Below are positions 27,530 through 42,074 of a DNA stretch of 64,000 nt, in pieces. Every line of letters starts with the position of its first letter. The stretch's first letter is position 1. The stretch is from Eledone cirrhosa. Taxonomy: Eukaryota. Made by a program: the position numbers and the translations under genes. The stretch is from positions 108,562,001-108,626,000 of the forward strand of contig OZ024743.1 of NCBI GenBank assembly GCA_964016885.1, in the 5' to 3' direction. The notes below the pieces were generated by a model that was not told the DNA's origin, did no database searches, and saw only the letters and a program-made list of their open reading frames with translations.

Positions 27530-28768
27530 ATGTATATATGTTTGTATATATATATATTGTATGTATATATGTTTGTATATATATATATTGTATGTATATA
27601 TGTATATATATATTATATGTATGGATGGATGTAAGCATACATGTATATATGTGTTTGTAACATTTGCATATATTACGACCATACTTATAATAGAGGGGAA
27701 TAGAGGATGTCTGACACATGTGAACAGATAGAGCGTTAGAGGAAAAAAGGAAAGGGAAGTGAACTATATACATATACGTATATATGTATATATGTATATA
27801 TATTTATATATATGTACATATATTTATATATATATGTATGTAAATATGTGTGTGGGGTGTGTGTGTACATCGGCACCACATTTGTCATACACAATTGTGG
27901 TAGTGGTGGTGGTGATGACGCTGGGGGTGGTGTTGGTGGTGTGGCGGGTGGCTGCTGCGAGAAAAGGTACAATAACAGATAATTAGAATAAAAGACTTTC
28001 ACTGAAATCAGCCTAAACGTAATGGTGTCGGATCTAACGCAGAACTTATTAATGCACTGAATGAAAATCAACGTCAGTAAATGTGCTATAGGTGTGTTCC
28101 ACAGAAAACATTGGCTGAATTATCGCTAACTTTAGCAGACATACGTTTTATTATTTGTGTTGTTTTATAGTATAATTATTTATTGTTTAAGACTAGTGTG
28201 GGTTATCATTTTCGTTACCATTTTGATAAATATTCCTAATTTAAGCATCTGGTTAACAATTTGTGGGAAGAGGAATTTCGATTACAATGAACCCAGTACG
28301 GGACAAATACTTTATTTTCTCAAACCCAGAAAGATAAGAAGTTAACCTCGGCGGCAATTGAACATCGAATTATTTATAACGTACACTCTATTTATGGTTT
28401 TCATATAATTTTGAAACCTTTCAATGATTTAGTTGTACTTAGCAATATAACAAACATTTTGAATACTAACGTGGAGTTTGGAATATAAATGGTCTCAGAA
28501 AATTAGGATGGAATGGCTTTAGAATAATATAAACATTTGAAAAGATTAATGGTGTAGTGTAAAATGGTCGAACACTAGAGATAATGGTTGAAAAAATCGA
28601 ATAAAATATCTCTAGAGACAAGAAAAGTTGAACAGAGAAACTGAAAACCGCATTTGTATCGATTCTTCGCAAGATTACACCTACATATTCTCTCTCCCTC
28701 TCTCTCCCTCTCTCTCCCTCTCTCTCTGTCTCCCCCCACACACACATATATATATATATGTGTGTGTG

Positions 28769-28812
<44 letters not shown>

Positions 28813-29133
28813 AACACACTTATATATATATACGGACACACACACATACACATACACACACACATACACACACATATATATATATATATATATACGTGTG
28901 TGTGGGGGGGGGTCTAAATATAACAGAACACACAAAAACAAGATGGTGTGGGACAGAACAAAAGAGAGACACATAATAACAAAAGAAGTTACTGAGGAGG
29001 TCAGAGAATGTGTGACGAAAGACCTTTCAGAATAAACAAAAACCCATCCGGTTATTAAAGCATCCAACTGAATTGAAGTGAAATCCAAGTGTGTGTGTTT
29101 TCATTGGCAACATGACTCTCCCAAATTATAACA

Positions 29134-29172
<39 letters not shown>

Positions 29173-29309
29173 TGGGGGGTGTATCCCAGGTTCAATCGGA
29201 GGTAACCACAGTAAGTAAGGTACTCTATACATCGCAGAGTATAACTATTTAATCAGGAAAAGCTTTTCCTGATGATTTCCTTTGAAAGAAACTGTTCTGC
29301 AACTCCAGA

Positions 29310-29435
29310 TAGAAGCAGCAACGTGAAATAAAGTGTCTTGCTCAAGGACATAACGCATCGCCGGGTCCAGGAATCGAACTCACAACCTTACGATTGCGAA
29401 TCCAATTCTCTAACCACTCAGCCACACGCCTTCAT
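29310..29435 (-). mobile_element. Second tRNA-derived SINE family (related pieces at about 23445-23545, 50700-51035, 56725-56772, 56805-57050)
   Basis: Minus strand reads TGAAGGCGTGTGGCTGAGTGGTTAGAG (A box)...GAGTTCGATTCC (B box)...CCTTGAGCAAGACACTTTATTTCAC. Confidence 0.7.
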
Positions 29436-29638
<203 letters not shown>

Positions 29639-30125
29639 GTGTGTGTGTTATCCTATGAGCATATGCAATCATGTGTATGTAGGTATACATTACATGCCTG
29701 TGTGTGTGTGTAAAAGAGAGAAAGAGGTGGGAAGAGAGACCGTTTCAGCAGGTGCATAAACAATAGTACATCTTAATGAATACTAAATAAGCTTGAAAAG
29801 CCTCCCTGCAGATAAAATAGAAAACCTAGGTTTCAAGCAAGACAAACAAATCCGCTAGATAACCGTGGAAGATTTCTTTAAAGAATAAAGAATATCCAGT
29901 CATTACATCTCATTCACTGGGTGATATCCTTTGCAGTATCCCCCATACTACCCATCTCCACACTTCCTCACATGCCTCTGCTTTCTTTATATTTTTTTTC
30001 ACTCATTCTTATTATTTCAGTTCTGATTCCGTCTTGATTACCAGTTTTTTTTTCCTTTATTTTGTCTACCTAAAAAATACACTCATATATACAACACTAA
30101 TAATGACACAAAGAAACTTACTTAA

Positions 30126-30156
<31 letters not shown>

Positions 30157-30455
30157 GTGTGTGTATGTGTGTGTGTGTGTGTAAATTTCATTGTGTCAAA
30201 GTATAAATATATATATATATATATATTTGTATAATTATATATATATGTGTGTGTATGTACGTATACATATGTGTATGTATGTGTGTTTGTGTATGTATGT
30301 ATATATATATTTATATATATATATATATTTATAAGCCGAAGGAATATTCAATTTGTTGGTAATTCAACAAATATAAATGTTTATATCTGATTCAGAGCAC
30401 TCGACAGTATTTCTGGAGTATAATATACTATGATATTAAATAAATGGAAACTATA

Positions 30456-30752
30456 TTTATAAAACCATATTTATTCTATTATATATATTTCACGGGTACG
30501 AAACTTTTGGTACGCTATCATCAGATAAAATAGTGAAGTGTGTTTTATAAATTTTGACATAACCAAGGAGAATATACCTTAACGGTTCAAGTTTTCCTTG
30601 GACTATCCAAGGAAAACTTCAACCGTTAAGGTATATTCTCCTTGCTTATGTCAAAATTTATAAAACACACTTCACTATTTTATCTGATGATAGCGTACCA
30701 AAAGTTTCGTACCCGTGAAATATATATAATAGAATAAATATGGTTTTATAAA
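30456..30752. repeat. Long palindrome (147-bp arms, 3-nt loop, 2 mismatches seen)
   Basis: 30456-30602 is the reverse complement of 30606-30752. Confidence 0.93.
30676..30736 (+). ncRNA. Minimal hammerhead motif with a degenerate stem II, in the right arm of a palindrome (mirror on the - strand at about 30472-30532)
   Basis: Stem I TATTTTAT/ATAGAATA; CTGATGA (30684-30690); GTAC/GTAC inner stem II; GAA-ATA-TA-TAT-A. Same layout as the 48583 motif. Confidence 0.6.
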
Positions 30753-30867
30753 CATTGTATATATATATAAGAGAACAGCATTTTTTCAAAGTAAGTCTAC
30801 AGTCATCCACACGTCCGCTAAAGTTCTCTCAAAGTTATTCTCTCCACACCCAGACATACATACATAT

Positions 30868-31548
<681 letters not shown>

Positions 31549-31714
31549 AATGACATGTCTGGAGTTAACGTATTTAGCAGGATTAAATGTTAGAATGTAG
31601 TGAGAGATGCTTTTGTTTCTCAGTTATTTTTTTTAAATCACAGTTTAGATAAGTCTACTGCAGGAATGTTTTGTTTGTCTGGCAACAAATAGCATGAAAA
31701 CATAAAAATATATA

Positions 31715-32023
31715 CAATGATACCTCGCAGTACGGGTTTAATATATTCCATCACCGAGATCGTTTTACAAGTTACTCGTTTTACTAATCAAATTTCCCAT
31801 TAATTAAAAGATAAATAATCCGTTCCATTCCATCAAAACTACCCCCAAAATATATTCTGTTGGTTTTAAAAAGAAAAGGTTCGAAAACTGGTGTTATTAA
31901 TTGTAATAAACTCGCCCTTACTGCGCATGTCTACACGTACTATAAGACAAAAATCCGCACGAGCTACGGCTTGTACAACAAGTTGCTCGTACAATGGGGC
32001 ACTTGTACTGCGAGGTCCAACTC
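31715..32023. mobile_element. Tigger-like MITE
   Basis: Terminal inverted repeats TA|CAATGATACCTCGCAGTACG and TGTACTGCGAGGTCCAACT. Confidence 0.6.
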
Positions 32024-32177
32024 TCTATATACATACATACACACACAGACACACACACACAGACATACACATACACATATTATATATATACTTATATAGT
32101 TATATATATATATAAAATAAGTCATACATGTTATATATATATATATATTATTTTTCCAATCATGATAACATTAAAAT

Positions 32178-33545
32178 AATTGTTTCTACTTTTGGCACAA
32201 GGCCAGCAATTATTGTAGTATATAACTGGTACTTTATTTTATCGACCCCGTAAGGATAAAAGGCAAAGTTAACCTCGGCGGGATTTGAACTCAGACCAGA
32301 AAGGGCCGTAACTCTTTGCTGTAAAGCATGGCGCCAGACCCTCTACCGATACTGCCAATCCACCGCCTGATAACACTTTAATAATGACCTCTAATTTTGG
32401 TGAAAAAGCCACTCATATCTTATGAAGGCGAAGTTCATATAATCGTGACATAGTATTTACCTGGTACTTTATATGAAAAGTTGAAATGACAATCGGCGGC
32501 AATTCATCTTATACCCGAAATAATGGTAATATTTAAAAGCCCCGTAATTTTGGAGGAGAGGAATTGTGGATTAACTTGGTTCTTGCACGTGACGGATACA
32601 TTATTTATGAAACTAGGATAGCTGAATAATGAAGTGAAGAAGATCAAATGTATAATTGTTACTACTTTTGGCACAAGGTCAAGTTAACTTCGGCGGGATA
32701 TGAACTCAGACCGTAAAGGGCCGTAATAAAGATTAAAACCATAATGGCAATAATGATTGTTTCTACTTTTAGCACAAGGGCAGCAATTACCCAGTACATT
32801 ACTGGTACTTTATTTGATCGACCCCGTAAGGATGAAAGGCAAAGTTAACCTCGACGGGATTGGATATCAGACCGTAAAGGGACGTAACTATGCTGTAAAG
32901 CATGGCGTCCGACTCTCTACCGATACTGCCAATCCACCGCCCTTGGCAATAATAACGGTTTTTGATTGGGCCCAAGTCCAAATAATAATTGTTCTAGTAT
33001 TGGCACAAGGCCAGCAATATCTGAGTACATTACTGGTACTTTATTTCATCGACACCGCAAGGATGAAAGGCAAAGTTAACCTCGGCGTGATTTGAACTCA
33101 GACAAGTCCAAATAATAATAATATTAATCATTACTGATTTAGGCACAAGGCCAACAATTCTGGGTGAGGTGATAGTCGACTAAATCGAAACCAGTGCATT
33201 ACTGGTACTTGAATTTGAAGACTCCGTACGGATAAAAGGTGAAGCATCATCGATGGGATTTGAACTCAGAACGTAAAGGAATGTAATGCTATACCACGAA
33301 GCATGATGTCCGATGCTTTGCATATACTGCCTTACAAATCGCGATAATAATGGTTTCTTATATAGGCACAAGGCCAGCAATGTTGCGGAAGAGAAAGTTG
33401 ATTAAATCGCGTCCCAGTGCATAACTGGTACTTTATGCTATCGACCTGTAAGGTTGAAAGGCAAAGTTAACCTCGGCGGGATTTGATCTCAGATCATAAA
33501 GGGAATGGTGTCCGACCCTCTACCGATACTGCCAATCCACCGCCC
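32178..33545 (-). mobile_element. Cluster of about seven co-oriented Nin-type SINE copies and fragments
   Basis: Repeated tail-core-head blocks start at about 32178, 32380, 32655, 32757, 32988, 33130 and 33348. Confidence 0.8.
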
Positions 33546-33631
33546 TTACAAATCGCGATAATAATGACATTGCTATTGTTTCGTCGTCGTCGTCGCCGAC
33601 GTAGTAGTAGTAGTATCAGTAGTAGTAGTAA

Positions 33632-33678
<47 letters not shown>

Positions 33679-33986
33679 AACTTATATATATACTTTCTCT
33701 GTTGTTGTTTACATTAGCATAGTAACATAGTCTGTATACTGGGCAACTTTATAATACAATATTTTTCTACTCATTTTTTCATCCCCGCGATGGTTTCATT
33801 TTCATTTCTAATTAATTATCCATTTTGTTTAGAGAAACCAAACCCATGCTTGGAATTCTCGTTATCTAGAACTCTACTAATTCACACACATACAAACACA
33901 ATTCACAAACACATCAAAAACATTCTTTACACCATACTATATCTGTCCTCACATTGTCTGACACATACTTATGTGCGTATATATAT

Positions 33987-34505
<519 letters not shown>

Positions 34506-35406
34506 TACAAATATATATATATAATTAGAAATAGAAGCTTTCGCCGTATTTTTAACTAAATAGATTTTAGCCTCATATTGCGATTTAGAACACTCAAAGA
34601 AATGGTAAAAGGTGAGTATTGACGTCAATACTCATCTTTTCCCTACTATCAGGCTAAAATTTATTTAGTAAAGACAAAAGAAGATTCCATGTTGCATAGG
34701 GCTTATCAAAAGGTGGACAACAATTTGGTCCACACTTCTAAAAATAAATAAGGTAACTAAAATAACGCACATGTTGTAATGAGAAGAAAACACGCTCGTT
34801 ATACAGCCCATGGTGAAGAGAGTGGACCAAAAGACCGCTAGAAATAGCAGCCCAAAACCACTCAACTTAAGAAGTTCTTCTTACATAAAGAAATGATTTA
34901 GGAGCCAATATATCAATTAAAAATACGGAGTCAAAGACTCGCACCAATCCCCTATAATTTATTGAGCTCAAGGAACAGAATCCGGGCTCTTCATAAGACA
35001 GTATATAATGAAAAATACGCAAAGAAGTATGTGTTCAATTACAGGGGATATAATACCACCAGAGTGAATAACATATTGTCTAAGAAAGCAATGGAGAATA
35101 CATATCAATTAAAAGAATAAATTAAAATGTACAACTATCACACATGGACAAGCTCTTTTTTTTATTTGATATATATGTGTCGTGGAAGATGTATTATACA
35201 TACATACACACAGAAACACGCACATACATACATCGGTTCACATACATACACATACATACATATTGTGAAATTATGGAAATCCCGAACACAGAAGAAAACT
35301 GTAACAGCAAGCGATTGCGTGTTGTTATACATAATAGCTCACTGGCTACCTTTTGTTAGTCTCTAGGAGTATTTTGCACGATATTCTAAGCTATTATTTG
35401 TAGAAG

Positions 35407-35602
35407 GGTGGTGGATTGGCAGTATCGGTAGAGTGTCGGACGCCATACTTTGTAGCATAGAATTACGTCCCATCGAGGTTAACTTTGCATTTTATCCTTA
35501 TGGGGTCGAGAAAATAAAGTAGCAGTCACGCACTGGGGTCGATTTAATCTAATTTTCCCTCCCCAAAAACTGATGGCCTTCTGCATATACAAGAAACCAT
35601 TA
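35407..35602 (+). mobile_element. Nin-type SINE, long form
   Basis: Head GGTGGTGGATTGGCAGTATCGGTAGAG, core, GCACTGGGGTCGATTTAATC segment and tail. Confidence 0.75.
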
Positions 35603-35668
35603 TTCCGTAAGTTTGGGATTTCCACATTTTCACAATTTCAATTCACCCAATACTCCATAGTGTGTGCG

Positions 35669-35717
<49 letters not shown>

Positions 35718-35724
<7 letters not shown>

Positions 35725-36351
35725 GAGAAGAAAGAAGAATACTGCGTGGTTGCACATGGGTTACACATGATAAAAATAGTCCTTCGCCAGTGATTTTCCA
35801 ACCATCATTGGTATTGCATCGCATTAAAACTCATATAACTCAGGTTGGTGCGAGCAGTAACTAAAAACAGTTATCGGGACCAGTAAATCGCGTAAAGCGA
35901 GGAGGACAAGTAAACAACATAGAAGGTTGAAAGCAAACCAAAGATAGGAAAAAAAAAAGCAACATGGTTGTCCAGTCAGCATTATCTGGGTGGATTTCAT
36001 GAGCGAGGGGTACAGACTGTCCTACGTGAGTGAGATATAAGCAGGAAGAGAACCCACTACAAGCCAAACGGGAGGAAGTGAGAAGGGGAGAAACAGAGAG
36101 TGAGTGAGTGGAAGTGCGAGGAAGAGGTGAGTCGAGAGAAACTGTAACTGACAGAAGGGGCGAAAGAAGGTGAGAGAAACAGAGAGAGCGGGGAAGCAGT
36201 AAGAGAGAAACAGACAAACGCAGCCGAGGTAAATATATATTAAAAACATGAGAATAAAGAAGAATACTGCGTGGTTGCACATGGGTTACATATGATAAAA
36301 ATAGTCCTTCATCAGTGATTTTCCAACCATCATTGGTATTTAATCGCATTA
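35718..36351 (-). mobile_element. (TA)n-inserted element with terminal direct repeats of about 110 bp (pseudo-LTR / retrozyme-like); same family as the 11335-11464 insert
   Basis: 35718-35828 is similar to 36242-36351 and both ends abut (TA)n. The minus strand of the repeat reads AAATCACTGATGAAGGAC...ATGTGCAACC..GCAGTATT, matching 11340-11395. Confidence 0.6.
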
Positions 36352-36827
36352 TATATATATATATAAATATATATATGATTAGAAAATAAATAATTATCGA
36401 GTTGAGTCAAAATGACAAGTATAGAAGAATCTTTTGACAAAATCTACCAACAAAATATACATGGAAGTATAAGAAATAGAATGAGAAGATGGGGTAGATT
36501 TAGTTGAAAGAGAGTCGGATAAAAAGGCATCGTTCCAGAGATGTTTAGGGAAAACAATCCAGGTTGTAAAGAAAAAAAGACATTCAATAAATTTTTTCCT
36601 GGCCTTCCATATTTAGAAATAACATTCTTCTAGGGTTTGGCATATTTTACAATGAATGTCGAGGAAAAAAAAAAGAACGTGGGGGAAATAGTGTATGTAT
36701 ATAAATGTGTGTATTCATATTATATATATATTCTGGGACATATATACGCGTATTTCATATTCAGATTTATGAACAATATATCATGCATGCATACACACAG
36801 GCGCTCACACACACAGGCGCTCTCACA

Positions 36828-36924
<97 letters not shown>

Positions 36925-37096
36925 GTTTATTGGCATGTATATATATTTATGTACTAAGAGAAAGAGGTAGAGGAACAAAAACATTGGTAGATAAAAGAAT
37001 ACGTATATATATGTGTATATATATAGAAAAAGAGATGAAATCGAAATTGCAACTGGAGTCTTATTTTTTTTAAAAGTATATATATTTATTTGGTTC

Positions 37097-37132
37097 CTTT
37101 ACCGGTTTCGCAGTTCTTCTGCTTTTCAAAAG
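37097..37132 (-). ncRNA. Variant minimal hammerhead motif (U3-A8 core)
   Basis: Minus strand reads CTT-TTGAAAA-GCAG AAGAA CTGC-GAAA-CCG-GTA-AAG. Stem III is the palindromic ACCGGT with a GUA triplet, and stem I is 3 bp. Confidence 0.55.
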
Positions 37133-37375
37133 TTGAGTTGAGATGGAGGGTCTGTGGTTTTTCTCACATCTGGTTGGTCTCTGAATGTTACTTGTTTTAT
37201 ATGGAAAAAGTGGCTCGAAATGCCAGGTTTTTCTAGAAGTAATTTGATTGGTTTGTCAATAATTATAATAAATTTCGCGCCAGTTCGCGTTACAATAGTT
37301 CTTCAAATAAGAGGGTGGGGGTTGTCACAGGTTGTTTTTTCATATATGAGTGTTTGAATTTCTTTTTACTTGAAA

Positions 37376-37443
<68 letters not shown>

Positions 37444-37464
37444 ATGTATCTATTATATATATAT

Positions 37465-37495
<31 letters not shown>

Positions 37496-37891
37496 GATAG
37501 CTAGATGCATACAGAATTATTTGGTCTCTATCAAATGGATTTAGCGTTCTTAGTAAGCTGGGACATTTAATATATATTTTTTTAATGTTTGACTATCCGC
37601 TCCAAAGAAGCCTTACAACCTGTATGTATGTTATTTCCAAACCGTCACAGCTATGTGGATGCTATTTTCAAACAGTCATATGCTCAACATATTTCACAAT
37701 GTGTATTACATACGCCGTATCTAGAATGTTCGCTTACTTGTAGCGCTTATTAAATATAAAAAATGATAAGTCCAATTTGCCTTATTACACACAGTGACTT
37801 ATACACGAGAATTGTATCTTACATACGCTTACACGCATTACACGTGTTTATACTAGTTTTCATATATATAAGAAACATTAATTTAACTCTA

Positions 37892-38075
37892 GGCGGTGGA
37901 TTTGCAGTATCGGTAGAGGGTCGGACGCCATGCTTTCCAGCATAGTTACGTCCCTTTACGATATGTGTTCAAATCCCGCCGAGGTTGACTTTGCCTTTCA
38001 TCCTTACAGGGTCGATGAAATAAAGTACCAGTAACGCACTGGGTAATTGCTGGCCTTGTGCCTAAAGTAGAAACA
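37892..38075 (+). mobile_element. Young Nin-type SINE with a 15-bp target-site duplication
   Basis: ATTAATTTAACTCTA occurs at 37877-37891 and 38076-38090. Further copies follow at about 38185-38520 and 38895-39205. Confidence 0.85.
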
Positions 38076-39202
38076 ATTAATTTAACTCTAGGCGTCAAAT
38101 ACTTATGTTGTTATTCCATGCATACACTTGCACATTGTATGCATATTTATAAACCTGACACAGCGATGTGGCATTATTATGTATAGGGTCATACGCCATT
38201 CTTTGAAGCATAGAGTTACGGCCCTTGCCATTCTGAGTTCAAATCGCGCCGAGGTTAACTTTGTCATTCATCCTTAGAGGGTCACCAAAATAAAACACCA
38301 GTAATGCACTGGTGTAATTGCTGGCCTTTTGCCAAAAGTAGAAACAATTATAAGGAAGGTGTGTTGGCAATATTGATAGAGCGTTGCGAGAAAAGGCCTA
38401 CACTATATGTTCAAATAACAAGAATTCAACTTTACCTTTCATCCTTACGGGATTAATAAAAGATTTAATCGATTTTCTTTTCTGTGAACATAACTAAATG
38501 TGCATCTAAATCAGAATGTCTTATTACACATCCTACCTACCTATCTAACTATATATCTATCTAACTTTTAAATTGCATTTGTGATAACATTTTACACGTT
38601 TTTATTGTATGTAAACTTCCCCCTTTGTATTTGTCCCCTTCTTTTGTGCCCCTGTGGTTAATAAAAAACATATCTATCTATCTATCTATCTATCTATCTA
38701 CCTAATGTTAACAAGTTGATAACCAGTTTAAGGACAAGTTAATTAAGATTTAAGTGATATTTAATATATGCTTCTATATATTAACTAAGAATTTGTAACT
38801 TACTTTAACTTTATATTTTATTTCATTTGTTGACATGTACGTTATTCTAAATAATATAAATATACACTTTACCTAACTCCTGTGCATGGCACTATCAGTA
38901 GAGGGTCGGACGCTATGCTTTGACGCGTAGAGTTACGGCCCTTACCATTCTGAGTTCAAATCCCGCCGAGGTTAACTTTGCCTTTCATCCTTACGGGTTT
39001 GATAAAATAAAGTACCTACCAGTTATGTACTAGTTAATTGCTGGCCTTGTGCCTAAAGTAGAAACAATTATATATATACATATATACGGTCTGAGTTCAA
39101 ATCCTGCCGAGGTTAACTTTGACATTCATCCTTACGGCGTCGATAAAATAAAGCAACAGTGATGCACTGAGATAATTGCTGGCATTGTACCAAAAATACA
39201 GA

Positions 39203-39238
<36 letters not shown>

Positions 39239-39437
39239 TTAAATAGGGTATATTTCAAGAGGCTATATTCTTGAAACGAATGACCATATAATAATGCGGT
39301 AACTGTTACAATATACCTCAATATTTAAAGAGGTATTCGTTTTTTTTTTAATTAAATTTTATAAATTTTCATAAAGTAATTTACATATTGAGCACCATTT
39401 GAGACACCCTGCATACACCCACACCCACACACATATA

Positions 39438-40595
39438 TCTGTATATATATACAACTAAGTATGCGTGTGTGTGTCTGTGTCTGTGTATTACCTATAGGGG
39501 CCTACATCTTACGACCGATTTTCATGAAATTTTACAGGCTCATAGATTATTCATCGTGGAGTGTTTCCTATATATCCACGTATCGTCTTTTTATTCGGGG
39601 GTTAATCTGCAGATAAAAATCGATAGGTGGAGGGTCACCTTTTTTTAGGTATCGAAAAATAAGATTTTGGGTCTAGCTCCCACATTTTGCCACCGATTTC
39701 GTTCAAATTTTAAAGCAAACTAGAATTAATCATTGCACATCCTGTAATACTTTGTATGTGTTGTTCAGGGACGGCGTGGCAGCCGCTTAAATATTCAAAA
39801 ATACAACTTTTAGACTCAAATTTCCACTTATTTTACTCTGGCTGCCACATTAATCAACCTTCTTTGTTCAAATTGTACACTACGCTAGATCTGATTATTT
39901 CAAGTCTTCAAGTGGCTTTACATGTTGGATTTTTTGTTCAGGAACGGCGTGGTAGCCGTTTAAATATTCGAAAATACCACCTTTTCGGCACTAGCTCCCA
40001 CATTTTTCAACCGAGTTCGATCAAATGCGAAACTTCGGCTCCACCTCACACATAAATCAATTTATTTTGTTCAACTTTTATAGTACGATAGAACCTACAT
40101 TGCACATCTTATAGTAGCTTTACACTTTGCATTTTTTGTTCAGGGACGGCAACCTATCATTAGCTCCCACATTTTCCAACCGATTTCGTTCAAATTCGAA
40201 ACTTCGGCTCCTCCTCACAGATAAATCAATTTATTTGGTTCAAATGTTATACTACGATAGAACCTATCATTGCACATCTTATAGATGGGCAAATGCAAAA
40301 CGATAGCCACTGACGTCGTTTGAGCTTTTAGTTGTGTATTTGAGAATTCATCGGTTTCCAATCAAGTAGCGTGAGGAAATTTGGCTTAGTTGTAGATGTC
40401 ATTACCTCGCTCCCCCAGCATGCCCCTTCGTCAGTCACCCGCGTTTCTCAGTGATAGAGGTCATCAGCACACTCCCCAGCATGGCCTGTGTGTGGCCATA
40501 GATGAGTCATCGAGAAGCAGTCGCTAAAATCAACTCCTTTTCATCAAAGCAGATATAATTTTACCTACCCAGGCAACGCTATGTACTGCTGCTAG
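39438..40595 (+). mobile_element. Non-autonomous Helitron
   Basis: Starts A|TCTGTATATATATA followed by (GT)n and ends with CCCAGGCAACGCTATG..CTAG|T. Internal imperfect subrepeats contain TAGCTCCCACATTTT and GTTCAGGGACGGC. Confidence 0.72.
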
Positions 40596-41712
40596 TATAT
40601 ATATATATATATATTTACGAAAAAATGAGCAATATCCACAATGTAGAAGTTGGGAATATTCGCATTAACAGATTGACTTAATTCTGCATAACCAGCAGTT
40701 TCAAGACACAAGCAAAATTATTTATTTGATTTCTTACAACCAAGCTATGTTGCCTCAGCAAAGTGAGTTGATATTTATTAAGCTTCTTCAGATTATTTAC
40801 TCTATTATCACTACATCTGACCATAATTCCATATGTGTCTCTGTCTCTCTCTCTGTCTCTCTCCACATATACATACATATATATATATTGAGAGAGAGAG
40901 TGCGAGAGAGAGAGATTTACTTTACAATTTCCTTACACAGCTGTGTTGCAGGTTATACGATTCAAATATAACCTAATGCTAAAACAAGCTTGATCTACTT
41001 ATATTTCAACGAAGCAAATAATGCATCTCCAAGATAGGCAGCTACATTAATTTATCTTGTAAAGTACTTTCATTTTTTTCGTTTTTATTCCTTATTTTCT
41101 CTTTGTTATTGCGATTATTAACCTTTTGTTTCCTTTAGTGGATAACACAAACAACAAAAGAAAAAGAAAAGAAAAGAAAACAATAAAGAATCAAAATCTG
41201 GAACTAATAAGCTGTTTATTTGGTTGCTTTAGAAATTGACGGATCTTTGTCCATTTCCATGTGAAACCAAATAAACATAGTACATTTATTTTGAACGTCT
41301 TGACAAATAGTTTCTAGACACAATTTTCATATATAAATATTTTATATTGTAGACGAACAGCCCAAATCCATATATCTATATAAGAATTGCTAACAAAAAT
41401 ACCGTAGTATTTCAAATATTCACATATTAACAGAATATGCACAAATGTAGACTGTAGAAATACATTTTCTCGTTTGAAATGTGGTATATCGACGAAGTTT
41501 CTGCTTGGTCGCTTCATGTCGCTGCATCCTATATGTGGCGCGAATGCCTTAAATAACTTTGTGAAGCTTTTGGTAGAGACGGGGGGATCTCTTTATTTGT
41601 GATGGTGTGCATTATGGATGCATTTTTTTTTTGTACGTACGTATGTAAAGGTATGTTCAAAGTTTTTTTTAGTTTTAATTGATTTTTAAAATGTATGTTT
41701 GTGTTTGTGTGC

Positions 41713-41779
<67 letters not shown>

Positions 41780-42000
41780 TGTATGTGTGTATGCTTATAT
41801 ATATATATGGGGAACTTTCGTTTATGGGATAAAGATGTGGACAATTTATGTATAATGGAAAAGTTTGGGTGCAGCAATATCAGAGCATGTTGGAATAGAG
41901 AAAGAGAGGGACGTATAAATTTACACACACACTCACAAACACAAACAAACACGCATTTATATGTATGCGTTTATATGTATGCGTGTATGCCTGCATATGC

Positions 42001-42074
<74 letters not shown>

